Shown here in pieces: positions 11,836 to 23,311 of a stretch of DNA of 64,000 bases. The stretch comes from Octopus vulgaris (lineage: Eukaryota), in assembly GCA_951406725.2 (NCBI GenBank), contig OX597817.1, positions 107,074,001 to 107,138,000 of the forward strand, read 5' to 3'. The translations under genes were made by a program, and so were the position numbers. Positions within the stretch are counted from its first letter, which is position 1; each line of letters begins with the position of its first letter. A model generated the notes under the pieces. The model saw nothing but the letters and a program-made list of their open reading frames with translations, ran no database searches and had not been told where the DNA came from.

Positions 11836-12675
11836 AGCATCAGTTGTGGTGTGCAAGAGAGACGATTGCGCTGGTATGGTCATGTGGCGAGAATGGATGA
11901 AGATAGGTGTGTGGAAAAGTGCCAATCCCTAGCAGTGGAGGGAACCCGTGGAAGAGGTAGACCCAGGAAAACTTGGGACGAGGTGGTGAAGCACGACCTT
12001 AGGTCTCACTGAGGAAATGACCAGCGACCGAGACCTTTGGAAATATGCTGTGCGTGAAAAGACCAGGCAGGACAAGTGAGTCCAGCCCACTTATGCATGC
12101 CTTTCCTCCCTTGGACACACAAAGACCTGTTGAGGCAAGCAAAGTCGATATCAAACCTCATCCGATGACAGGCACCTATGCCAACCCCCCTTTGCTTGCA
12201 AAGACCTGTTGGGGCAAGTGAAATCGGAATCGAAATTGAACCAATCCTATGACTGGCACCCGGCAGATGCCAGGACCCCTGGACTGGAGATACGTAAAAA
12301 GCACTATCCGAATCGTGGCCGATGCCAGCGCCGCCTCGACTGGCTTCCGTGTCGGTGGCACGTAAAAAGCACCATCCGAATCGTGGCCGAAGCCAGTGCC
12401 GCCTCGACTGGCTTCTGTGCAGGTGGCACGTAAAATGCACCAATCCGACCGTGGCCGATGTCAGCCTCGCCTGGCACCAGTGCAGGTGGCACGTAAAAAG
12501 CACCCACTACATTCACGCAGTGGTTGGCGTTAGGAAGGGCATTCAGCTGTAGAAACATTGCTAGATAAGACCGGAGCCTGGTGCAGCCTTCTGGCTTCCC
12601 AGATCCCCGGTCGAACCATTCAACCCATGCTAGCATGGAGAACGGACGTTAAACGATGATGATGATGATGATGAT
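11833..12675 (+). mobile_element. 5'-truncated RTE-clade LINE (ORF C-terminus, 3' UTR, (GAT)n tail) inserted in (TA)n
   Basis: RRLRWYGHVARMDEDR...RGRGRPRKTW. The GC-rich 3' UTR ends ggacgttaaac(gat)n and is flanked by (TA)n on both sides. Confidence 0.92.
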
Positions 12676-14099
12676 ATATATATATATATATGTATAAGTA
12701 TTTAAATGTGTGTGTATTTTTATTTATTTTATATTTATATTTATTAATAACTTAACCTTATGTACTTTATAATGATGTCTAAATTGAGGTAAAATAAATA
12801 ATGACTTGTTTCAGTAATTTGTTCTCTTCCATTGCATGGTGCATAACTATATCTGGAAGAGAGCCACTCCAGGAGATCATGAAAAAGCCATAGAGAGTAT
12901 TTTATGCTGAGTTTTTAGATTTAGTCAAGTTTCATTAATTTCATATCAAGTGCTGTTTTTTCATGATCCTCTTTCATTTGACCTAGATATTTATATTTTT
13001 GTAACATTTTTGGCCTTTCTGATGTCTAAGGATAGATATTGATGTGTATAAATCTGTTTTCAAATCTAATTCTGGAGAACTGACGAGGCAAAATTACCTT
13101 ATCTTGGCTTACTCATTTTGTCCCATCTAAATTTGTCTTTTATATGCTCAAAGAGAACGGTGACAGTTTTCTGAAATAATGTTTAATTTATGTTATGATG
13201 CTTTTAATATATTTAAAGGAGGTCATATGCTTAGCTGATGTATATTTTGCAGGGTTGTGAACATTTGTTAAAAAATATGTTGTCTCAAATATGTTGTCTC
13301 AAAGTAAAAAGTCCTCATTGTGCCCCCTCCCTATTGTCATATTTGCACCTGTACAAATGAATGATAATATAGAAAGACTCACCTTCATTCATTTTTTAAT
13401 TGTTTCAATAAAATGTGATATTAACGTTTCTTATTCTACAGAAAAAATTTAAATGTTTATGTGAACCCTCATTCTCTCCTCTTTTTTTCTCATACAAAAA
13501 AATACCGAAAATTTTTTTTATCAAGGGGAACAACTCTATATTGAATATAAAGTTTATTTTAGTAGCTGTCGTCAGTTGGGTATGAAATACCTTAAAGGGA
13601 ATTATGTTTAATATTTTCAGGAAGTGTACCGATCTCTATCCGTTTATTTTCTTTTATATTGTTAATAATTTTAATACGGCATTCAAAACTGATTGAAAAT
13701 TTATCATTGATACGGATTCGAAATCGTTGAATTGATTGGAATCCGCATAATAGTAAAATGCATTATTATTGGATTTCTTTGTAAAGGCTCTGTAAATTAT
13801 CATTACAAATAGGATCTCAGAAAGGTTTAAATATGATATTATTGGCTATGCACGCAATATGAACCTTGTCACTTTGATGTAATTTGATCTATATTATCAT
13901 ATCTATATAACTATTGTCTGTATTTCCACACTCACGCACATACTAATATCATATTTAAAAATTACAAGAAAATAAGTATATTCAAAGGAGCAGTGCACCT
14001 TTTCCTTCTCTTTCTCTACTCGACTGAGAAAGAAGCATCCACTTGTTCCTCTGAATGACTGTTTACAATTGCCCGAACAACCAGGTTACTTAAAACCAG

Positions 14100-15050
14100 T
14101 CTTTACTCAGCAGGTTAATGTCAGAATCTATTAATATCAGGAAAAATGCTTTTTTGCGATATCTGGCGCGAAAATGCATGGACCTCATCTCCACCATCTC
14201 CTTGTCTGTCTGAGATACTGACCTCGAGATTTTGGAATGTCTCACGCAATTCGTGAATACATTTTCTTTTTAGAGTATTCTCCTTTTTTTATGCCTCCTT
14301 ATTCTTTGGTGCTAAACCTTAAACATAATAACAACCTTTGCCCTCATAACAGCTAAGTGTACTTTGTAATATCTCACGTTAAATGTGTACTTATCATCGG
14401 TTTCCTACTACCACCTCTCTTTGGAATTCGCATCCGTTTAACTTGGGTTGGTACTAAACAATGTGTAAAGCAGCCCTTCATGCCACTATGACATTCGTGA
14501 TCACTCCAGTGCTCATTCCTTGGGAATTAACAAACAAACAAACAAACAAAACATTTCCAATTCAGTCAGAGACGATATCATTCTCAGTTCAGTAAACGAG
14601 AGAATATTAGAACTGTGCTACTTTGCTCGGCAACCCGCTTACCTTTCCATTGATAGCCAGTGCATTCTTTCCGCATCGGAGGTTCAACAGAGTGATCCAC
14701 TTAGTTCTATAATGCTTGCACTGGGCGTCGGTAGTATTGTTAGTCTGGTTTCAGACTTGGATTTAAACGTCTGGTACCTTGGTGATTCATATTAACAGGA
14801 TCCCCAGTTGGGCCCTCGCTACAATGAAATTGATAAAGGAACTTGATCTCATTGGTCTTCATGTTAATGTTTCTAAATGTGAACTTTGTACATTCGTATT
14901 CACATCATTACACTGTCGTGCATCTATTCACAGAGTTCCTCCCTTTCATCAATGTCCCCCTACCATTGGATGAGAGTATCTCTGAGCTCCGATCTTCGAT
15001 CCTGCTTTCGAACCCGTCTGTCTTGAAGATGTTGAAGCCTAAACAATTAC
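14100..15050 (+). mobile_element. Highly degenerate non-LTR retrotransposon RT, CRE-like
   Basis: LFFGAK, KAALHA, NSVRDDIIL, SASEVQQSDPL (GVQQGDPL), LNVWYLGD (YLDD) and GLHVNVSKCEL occur in the expected order. Confidence 0.7.
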
Positions 15051-15353
15051 TCAAAAATAAATTAAACGGATGTACTGTGGTATCAACCGAACATCTGTTT
15101 TATTTATTTTTAATTTACTATAACTGATACACATTCATTGTACTATTAATAATTATAATCCTTTCTGCTATAGGCACAAGGTCTGAAACTGGAGGAGGGG
15201 GCTAGTCTATTACGTCGAACCCAGTGTTCAACAGGTGCTTATTTTATCGACTTCAAAAGGATGAAAGGTAAAGTCGACCTCTCAATAATAATAATAATAA
15301 TAAGGAATGCCTAAATAATAATATACTCTGCCTTTTGTAACTAATAATATCCT

Positions 15354-15486
15354 ACAGTTCTATATTTAAGAGATGAGGAATTTTGTACATTATTTACATT
15401 CGACGAAGGCTGGAGGGTATATCAGCCGAAACGTTGTGTTAACAACAAACAAGATGAGGACAAATATCCGTCGAATGTAAATAATA
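15354..15486 (+). mobile_element. 133-bp Penelope-like mini insertion with inverted repeat and partial hammerhead-like motif
   Basis: 12-bp TSD taataatatcct (15342-15353, 15487-15498). 17-bp perfect inverted repeat at 15389-15405 and 15469-15485. Contains gacgaa-ggctg-loop-cagcc-gaaacg. Confidence 0.65.
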
Positions 15487-16002
15487 TAATAATATCCTGC
15501 TTTTTCTGTAATTTTCAGAATAATTTCCGTGATCGTTTTCGTTGAACTTATCTATGTTGTGAACACTTTTCTTATGAAATTTTGATCCATTATCATCATA
15601 TTTATAACTTTCCACCTTTCACTAAGAATTAATTCTTATTTAAAATCCCTATCGATAATTGCGATTTGGGTATATTCAGGTATTGTATAGTTACATAAAT
15701 TTAATTATAGTCAATACAGAATTGTTTCCCTTGATGCCAAATATAATACAACAATATTTTGTATGTTTGAGATGAGTTACTGTTAATACAGTAATAATTA
15801 AAATTCTCCTATTATTAACTTCACTTTCGAAGAAACTTTTTTTTCTATATTATGTTTTAATTTGTCTGATCTCCGATTGTCACCATGTGGAAATTTAAAT
15901 ATGAAAAAAAAGCTTAATCTTGAAGCCGTTACTAATCTTATGAATTCTAGAAATTAAATATATGCAATAATTCCCTATAAAAGATACTTATCACAGGATA
16001 TT

Positions 16003-16204
16003 AGTTTCAGATTTTAGCACAAGGCCAGCAAGTTCGTAGGGATTACATCGACCTCAGTGTTCAACTGGCACTTATTTTATCAACCCCGAAAGGATGAAAG
16101 GCAAAGTCGACCTCGATGAAATTTGAACTCAGAACATAAAGACAAACGAAATACTACTAAGCATTTTGCCCAGCGTGCGAACCATTCTGCTGGTTCGCCT
16201 CCTT
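16003..16204 (-). mobile_element. Family B SINE (tail type B2)
   Basis: Reverse complement of the family B head and central domain, with tail ggccttgtgctaaaatctgaaac. Further copies at ~15155-15283, 18190-18395 and 20610-20935. Confidence 0.85.
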
Positions 16205-16771
16205 ACATAATATTAAAAGACACTGTATATTGATAATGATTATTTTCTAAAAGTAAAATCATTGAAACAGTAGTCCTTTTTATAATGAATGCTCTCCCTT
16301 AGTTGTAGCCGATTTTTGAAGAAACATTTGAGTGTATGATTATCTTTATATTATTTGGTAACTTGATCAGCACATAAAACACAGATATCCAAATTACCGT
16401 TGGATAAAGACTGGGAACTAGTCAAGGTTTAAATAATTGAGTCAGTCAAGGCTTTATTTTATTTCCAAACATGAATTAATTGTAGGTGATGTATAGAACA
16501 TCTTTTCCTGATATTGTTCAGTTACTTTTCTTATGAATGACATGAGCTGCACAAATAGCTACAGCTAGATTAGTAAGATTCATGAAATGGCCTGGGGGAG
16601 TTAATAAAATTTCTACATTTTATGTTTGAACAAATTTGCTTTTGTGTCTGCCTTTTATGCTTAAGCACTTTATTTGAAGAAACGGATGAGGTCTTTTTAG
16701 AATTCAGACTGCAAAATGTCAAATGAATGGTACTGGATTGAATACATATAAATAAAATAACAATGTCATGA

Positions 16772-16940
16772 ATAAGCCGGCAAAGGAGTCCCTGTGTAGT
16801 CACTCAACATGCTGGAAATAGCAGTCAAGTCTTCTTCAACTTACACACTTTTGTCTACAAATGAATTGTGGATTGTGAAGATTGGAATACTTTTTATCAT
16901 GAGTCATTTCTAACAGGGCTGACCTGGGGGCTAAACAAAA
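16772..16940 (+). mobile_element. Old dispersed SINE-like repeat (family D)
   Basis: Shared blocks (ctagaaatagcagccaaatct..., gctgacctggggctaaacaac) recur at ~4540-4690, 32490-32680, 41905-42090, 53600-53830, 55000-55170, 55870-56080 and 57410-57560. Confidence 0.6.
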
Positions 16941-17399
16941 TATCGGTTGCTTAGTATTTGTTAATGAGAGGGCAAGTGGAAATATTTGCAGTCTTTTTAA
17001 GTTCTCATAAAAAGTTGTATTAAAACCATGCAATAATTGGTAATATATGATTGGAAGGGAAAAAAGATGTATTCTTGGTGAGGAAGGACCAGATAAACTG
17101 TTTTGTATGTTGCCTGGAAGATGAAATGGAATGAAAACAACAAGTGATTTCCAAGGGTGCAAAGGGTTAAGAAGTTATTTGTAATATTCATATGAGAAGC
17201 TAAAAGGACACCCAAAGTAATGGTGAGTCAATGGTTGTATGATGTTTATGTATGTACAGCATTTTAAATAAAAGTAGTTTTTAAAGATAATCAGTTGTTC
17301 TAGGCTGAAATATTTTTGGTGGGGACAACTTGTCATATTGATTATTCATGAGAAGCCATTGTAATTGTGCTTCCAATTCCTCATTATAAGATCTGTTGT

Positions 17400-19500
17400 A
17401 GTCTCATTTCCTGGAGGACTTGCAAGCCAAGTATGAAATATTGCAGTTGCTTGTGGGTGATGCTGGTGAGTAAAGCAAGTAGAGAAAAATGTAAAAATTA
17501 GATGTAGAGTGTAAATAGGTTGATGTATGAAAAATTAGAGGTAACTGATCTTTGTAATACCATTCTAGAACTGAGTTGACTTCTCAGAAACTTTACTGTT
17601 TGATTTGTACTTGTTATGGGATTACTGCCAAATTCTTAGGAAGCTAAATAGATTCAGTGGAAACAACTTTTCTTTACCCAAATTTTACATGAACAAAAAA
17701 AAATCCCATGGGTAATGTGGGACTGTAGACTTGAATGGAACTAAAAAAAGAAACAAAACTGTTAATCTGTACTTGTTTGCACCAGGTTAGAGATGTTAGG
17801 TGTGAGAGTGATAAGCTGATGGTTGGCAGAGCCAGAGTGTTCACCTTTCTTCAGAAATGAAGTATTGCAGTTGTATATTTTCAAACTTTGGAGTATTTAA
17901 AAGGAAAGGGATATTGAAGAATTTAATGAATTCATCCAGTTCAGAAGCACACCTTTCCAAAGTTATTCTTGGGATGATATGAGGAGATACTTTGGATGAT
18001 GTGTTGCTTTGTCTTTGGGAATTTATCCCACTTAACAACTGGATTATGATGAAGGGAAGAATGGAGAAAAGATATGAAGTTCAAGGAACAGTAGCATGAA
18101 AACTACAACAAGCAGCAAATGGAGTTTTGGTTGCAGATGATCTCAGTAAAAGAGCTTTCATTACCTAATGGCAGGTAAAAGGTGTTTTGCTGGTAGAATC
18201 ATAATCACACGGGGTAAAATACTTAGCAACATTTTGTCTCTCTTTATATTCTGATTACAAATTCTGCTGAGACCGACTTTATCTTTCATTCTTTCTGAGT
18301 CGGTGAAATGAGTACCAGTTGAGCACCAGGGTTGATGTAATTGACTTACTCACTTCCCCAAAATTGCTGGTCTTGTGCCAAAATTTGAGACCAATACATA
18401 TTGGCTGGTAGCAGGATTATGGCAAGGGGTCAAAATGTTTGACTCACTTGAGAAAGATGAAAGCTTAGAAAACTTGCATATAGAAAATTGTATTTTGCTC
18501 TTAGTGGAGTTTCTGTATCAACTGCTATCTTGATAGTGTAGTTTTTATAATATTAAGAAGATAGTATGCTGCTTTATTGCAGATAATATTCCAAGATTAT
18601 TTGCTACTAATTTCCAATAGCCAGGTAAACTGAAGCAGTGTAGAATATACTATTCTGCTCAGGAAGAAAGAAGTGGTCTAGGTAAACTTGAACTTATAAT
18701 CTATGAGCATGTAACCCAATTATTTACCTATTCAGTGAACCCACTTCTAGTTTTTACTACAATAGGAGATTTAACAGACTTGAAGAATTAGCAAATACTT
18801 TGTGAGATATTTTAACATAGAGGTGATTCTTTAGGAACAATATTTAAATAGAATTCTTAAAGAAGTGAAAAATCCAATTTAAAAAAATTATTTGAGAGAG
18901 AGAGAGGGAGAATGGGAGTTATGGTGGATGCTATCAATGTAGCATAAGACTTGGTCAAATAACAACTGGTGATCCTGTCAGTTGTTGGGGCAATGAAGGT
19001 AGCAGATAATTTTGAAGACTTTTGTGAAACAAAAGTTTTGTTTATCATGGAAATCCAAGGTGGAAGAATAGATAGCTGTGGTGAAAAAATATTGGGGGTA
19101 TGTTTTAAAAATATTACACAGGTTGGGAAAAGAGAATGAAAGATATATATCTTACATGGGATAAGGATGTAATGACGAAATTTAATGAGAAGTTGCATCA
19201 GAGAAATGATGAAGAACATTAATTATTATGGCCATTTATTTAGATTGATTATAATATTAGTTGTTACAATATATAAGAAATATACAACTTCATTGAGTTG
19301 TGTGTGTGTACACAGCTTGTTTGCAGATCTCCAGTCCAGTCTGTATGATAGTAGTTTCATCTCTGTGATTGCTAAGGAGAAAAACAGAATAAAAGGAAAG
19401 TATGCAGATAAATAGATAACAGTTGTGTTCTCATACTCACAACAGGACATATCTGAGGTGAGGAAGATAGTCACGCTTATTGGTAGGCACTGAATTACCA
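17400..19500 (-). mobile_element. Very old LINE relic (RT and possibly endonuclease remnants), interrupted by a SINE
   Basis: The - strand near 17790-17990 reads LERCASEL...LKKGEHSGSANHQLITLTPNIS, resembling LKxCAxEL...KKGDxSxPxNYRPIxL. Boundaries are uncertain. Confidence 0.4.
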
Positions 19501-19659
19501 AAATTGAATGACTGATGTTTGCTTGTGTATTTATTATTTTGCCAGTTTAATTAGATCAGTTGAGAACAATAGGATTCTTCACTATATCAGTTTTGACCTG
19601 TGAATGCCTTGAAAAAGCTCATTCTCTTAATGCAGAAAAGCAAAACAATAAGCTGATGA

Positions 19660-20043
19660 TTTCTTTTACTTGTTTCAGTCATTAGACTGCAGCCATACTG
19701 GGGCACTGCCTTGAAGATTTTTAGTCGAATGAAATGACCCCAGTGCTTTTTTTTTTTTTTGAAGTCTGGTGCTTATTCTATCAGTCTCTTTTGCCAAACT
19801 GTTAAGTTAAGGGATGTAAACAAACCAGCACCAATTTTCAAGCAGTGATGGGGAACAAACACAGACACAAAGGCATACACACATATACGACAGGCTTCTT
19901 CCATTTCCATCTACCAAATCCACTCACTTTGGTTGACCTGAGGCTATATAGTAGAAGACACTTGCCTAAGATGCCATGTAGTGGGACTGAACCCAGAACC
20001 ATGTGGTTAGGAAGCAAACTTCTTACCATGCAGCCATGCCTAT
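19660..20043 (-). mobile_element. Family A CORE-type SINE
   Basis: Full reverse-complement copy. Confidence 0.85.
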
Positions 20044-21430
20044 TCAACAATGTAGAAAAATGTGGATTCCATTTTGAATCCTAGCTTAGATATTCTGTAG
20101 CTGTTTGTTATAAGGGCATGAGCTTTGGGAATAGAAGATAGAATAGATATTAATATAGGCAAGAGAGAAATTGGTGTTATAGCAAATGTTAATATAGTGA
20201 GGAAAGAGTGTCCTAGAGATTTGAGGTTAATGTAGATGCTAGCGTAACAGAGGGAGAAGTGACCACTGTATATGAGTGATATTAGTATATGAGGATATAA
20301 CAGTGATATTAGAGAGTGGAGGAATGCTCAAGAGATTGGGGATGAATGTAGATATTAGTGCAGAGAGCGAAAGAGTGTTTTATAGATATCTTTTAAAAAT
20401 TGTTATTCTGCTTAAAAGAAATAAAACTTAAGGAATACAACTATTCTCAACATTGCTCTTTGGAGAAATCAATACTGGAGTTATACAACAATTATAAGGA
20501 TTCATTTAGACTTTTTAACTATATTTATTCAACTTCTAAACTTGAACTTTGAAAAGAAAACTTGAGAATGATTGATGATGAAACTGATTAAATATAGAGT
20601 AGATGTAATATTGGTTTAATATTTTGGCACAAGACCAGGAATTACAGGGGAGAAGGTAAGCCAATTATATTGATCCCGGTGCTCAACTGATACATATTTC
20701 ATCAACCCCAAAAGGATGAAAGGCAAAGTTGACCTTCGTGAAATTTGTACTTAGAACATGAAGATGAATGGAATGCCACTAAGTATTTTGCCTGGTGTGC
20801 TAACAATTCTGCAAGCTTGCTGCCTTCAAGAGTGTAAATATTGGTTTCAAATTTTGGTACAAGGCCAGTAATGTCGGAGAGGAGTAAATTGATTACCCTA
20901 GTATTCAACTGGTACTTATTTTGTCAACTCTGAAGTAGATGTGTTTCAATCACAAAAAAATTAGTCCTAAAAATTATAAACTCATTAACAATTTATTTTA
21001 AACCTTTAGTTGTTTGGTCATGTTTCAAATTCTTGAAAGTGCTAGGCATGAAAACATATACAATGTAGATATTCAGTTGGGATGTTGTCTGTGAAAGAAT
21101 AGAGTTTAGCTTATATTGCAATCTTGCTTAATGCATTTGTTTCCCAAATGACTTCCAGTACAAATTGAAAGCAGTATAACATATTAAACCAATCTTAACT
21201 AAGAGAAATACATTTACATGTTACTGAAAAAAATCTTGATTAACTTCAGTATGCCATCTCACAAGCTGCAAAAAAAAAAGAAAAACTTTCCAAAGTAGCA
21301 GACAAAAGTGATATGACACTATATTCAAATAAGTTTTAGTTGTCACTATTTTGGTTTCCTTTTTAAATCTAAGTCATGTTATTAATATATTTCAGATTTA
21401 TTTACAACCAACAAATACTGTAATATCTAA

Positions 21431-21473
21431 GGGACAGTTATAGATTTCTCGTTATGAAATCTATAACTGTCTC
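21431..21473. repeat. Perfect hairpin (16-bp stem, 7-nt loop)
   Basis: gacagttatagatttc-tcgttat-gaaatctataactgtc (21433-21471), extendable by a G.T and a G-C pair. Confidence 0.95.
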
Positions 21474-23026
21474 AGGAGTGGCTGTTTGGTAAGAAGCTTG
21501 CTTCCTGTGCATGCATCAGTCTATTCACTGTGTTGATTTTTGACAAGTTGGACAGAACTTTTGTACTGCTTGGCAGCAGTTGTTATACTGGTCGAGACAA
21601 TGTATTCAGACCTTAGTGAGTATGAGCTGTCCTCAGCAGAGGAGGAGCTCATTAAGGTGGTAAATAGAATGGACGAGCATTTGGAAAGAGTAAAGAGTTT
21701 TGCTGAGGCTGCAGAGGTGAAGAAAAGGGAGGTGGACCTGGCCGGACTGAATGAGCTGAGTAAGATAACACAGAAGAGGGACAGTGACGTAAAGTTATTA
21801 CCCCCGCAAAGGGTAATGGAAAATATGGAAAAGAAGACCATTACCCTACAAGGTGTACTCAGTAGAGAGTAGGAAGATGAAATGGATGGAGATGGAAAAA
21901 GTAGAAAAAGCATTGGAGGGAGCTTTCGAAGGAAGTGACATACATAGCGAAAGGAAATGGATATAGGACGATGGTTGACCAGTTTAGGACAGCAGAGGAG
22001 GCAAAGAGGCTGGCAAGTGCAACAGCAAAAATGGAGGAAGTGGTACTTCTACCCATGTACCTTGGAAGAAAGATTTCTAAGGTGAGGGTAGAAAGAATTC
22101 CACCTGATATAGAAGTGGCTTGGGTTGTGGCAGCTGTCCTCATTGGAAATGAGGCGGAGGTGGCTGTCCACCATGCCATGGAAATGGAGGATGGAGAGGC
22201 AATTGGAGAGTTTGGTAGAGATAGTGACATTGGGAGAGATTGTGTTAAGAGTGTGGGTGGAAGGCAGAATCCCACAATGTTTTAAATGTGACCAAAAGGG
22301 CCACATTAGAGCACACTGCCCTCTGCAGAGGAAAACGACAGAGAAGCGGTGGTGGAGACAGAGGAGAAAAAGGAAGAAGTACAGATAGATGGAAGGAACA
22401 AGGAAGATGAATGGACAGTGACAGAGAATAAAAGGAAAAAGAGAATGAAGAGGAAGAACAGTCAGTGTGATGTGAGATCCCAGACCAACTCCATCCCACC
22501 CAAGACCACTCAGACTCACCCTCCCCATATAGACACCAAACCCACCCATGATTTTAATGTTTTTTCATGTTCATTTTCATGTGACATTCATAGCATCATA
22601 TTTTTATTTTGTTATATGTCCCCACATGTGTTGTAGTGTCCCCGTCTATGTAATGCCTTTATGGCAATTTAAAAGAAATAAAGAAGCTTGCCTCCCAAGC
22701 ACATGTTTCCAGGTTCAGTCCCACGGTGTGGCACCTTGGACAAGTGTCTTCTGCTATAGCCTCAGGCCGACCAAAGCCTTGTGAGTGGATTTGGTAGACG
22801 GAAACTGAAAGAAGCCCGTCGTATATATGTATGTATGTATTTGTCCTCCATCATCGCTTGACAACAGATGTTGGTGTGTTTACGTCCCCATATCTTAGCG
22901 GTTAGGCAAAAGAGAATGATAGGATAAGTACTAGGCTTACAAAGAATAAGTCCTGGGGTCGATTTGTTCGACTAAAGGCAGTGCTCCACCATGGCCACAG
23001 TCAAATGACTGAAACAAGTAAAAGAG
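21474..23026 (+). mobile_element. Family A SINE interrupted by a 1175-bp insertion
   Basis: The head at 21474-21505 resumes at 22681 and runs to the tail gaaacaagtaaaagag. Confidence 0.9.
21506..22680 (+). mobile_element. ORF1-only (gag-like, CCHC zinc knuckle) non-autonomous retroelement, L1/Tx1-like
   Basis: 15-bp TSD aagaagcttgc(t/c)tcc at 21491-21505 and 22681-22695. Frameshifted ORF from ATG 21600 with an RRM-like segment and CFKCDQKGHIRAHC (22278-22319). T-rich 3' UTR ending aaagaaata. No EN or RT motifs. Confidence 0.85.
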
Positions 23027-23112
23027 TACAATCTACTATATGTGAAACAGATAAACACCAACTCTTTGGACGGAGAACTGATGTTATTGGAGAATTAAAA
23101 AAAAAAATGCTT

Positions 23113-23268
23113 AGGAGTGGTGTGTGGTAAGTAGCTTGCTTACAAACCAAATGGTTCCGGGTTCAGTCCCACTGCGTGGCACCTTGGGCAAGTGTCTTCT
23201 ACTATAGCCTCGGACCGACCAGAGCTTTGTGAGTGGATTTGGTAGACAGAAAGTGAAAGAAGCCCGTC

Positions 23269-23311
<43 letters not shown>

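Noticed and set aside
12293-12505. CRISPR-like repeat/spacer appearance
   Set aside because: The spacers are homologous to each other, the array lies inside an RTE 3' UTR, there are no cas genes, and the context is eukaryotic.
13273-13303. Short tandem duplications (14 bp here, 21 bp at ~37092-37133, ~32 bp at ~56467-56522) as regulatory arrays
   Set aside because: These are two-copy slippage products with no further structure.
19434-19495. Minus-strand micro-exon (GTGAGT donor at ~19440)
   Set aside because: It lies within a probable old LINE relic, with no recognisable host peptide or partner exons.
23113-23180. tRNA gene
   Set aside because: A/B-box-like sequence continues into a SINE body, is multicopy, and does not form a complete cloverleaf.
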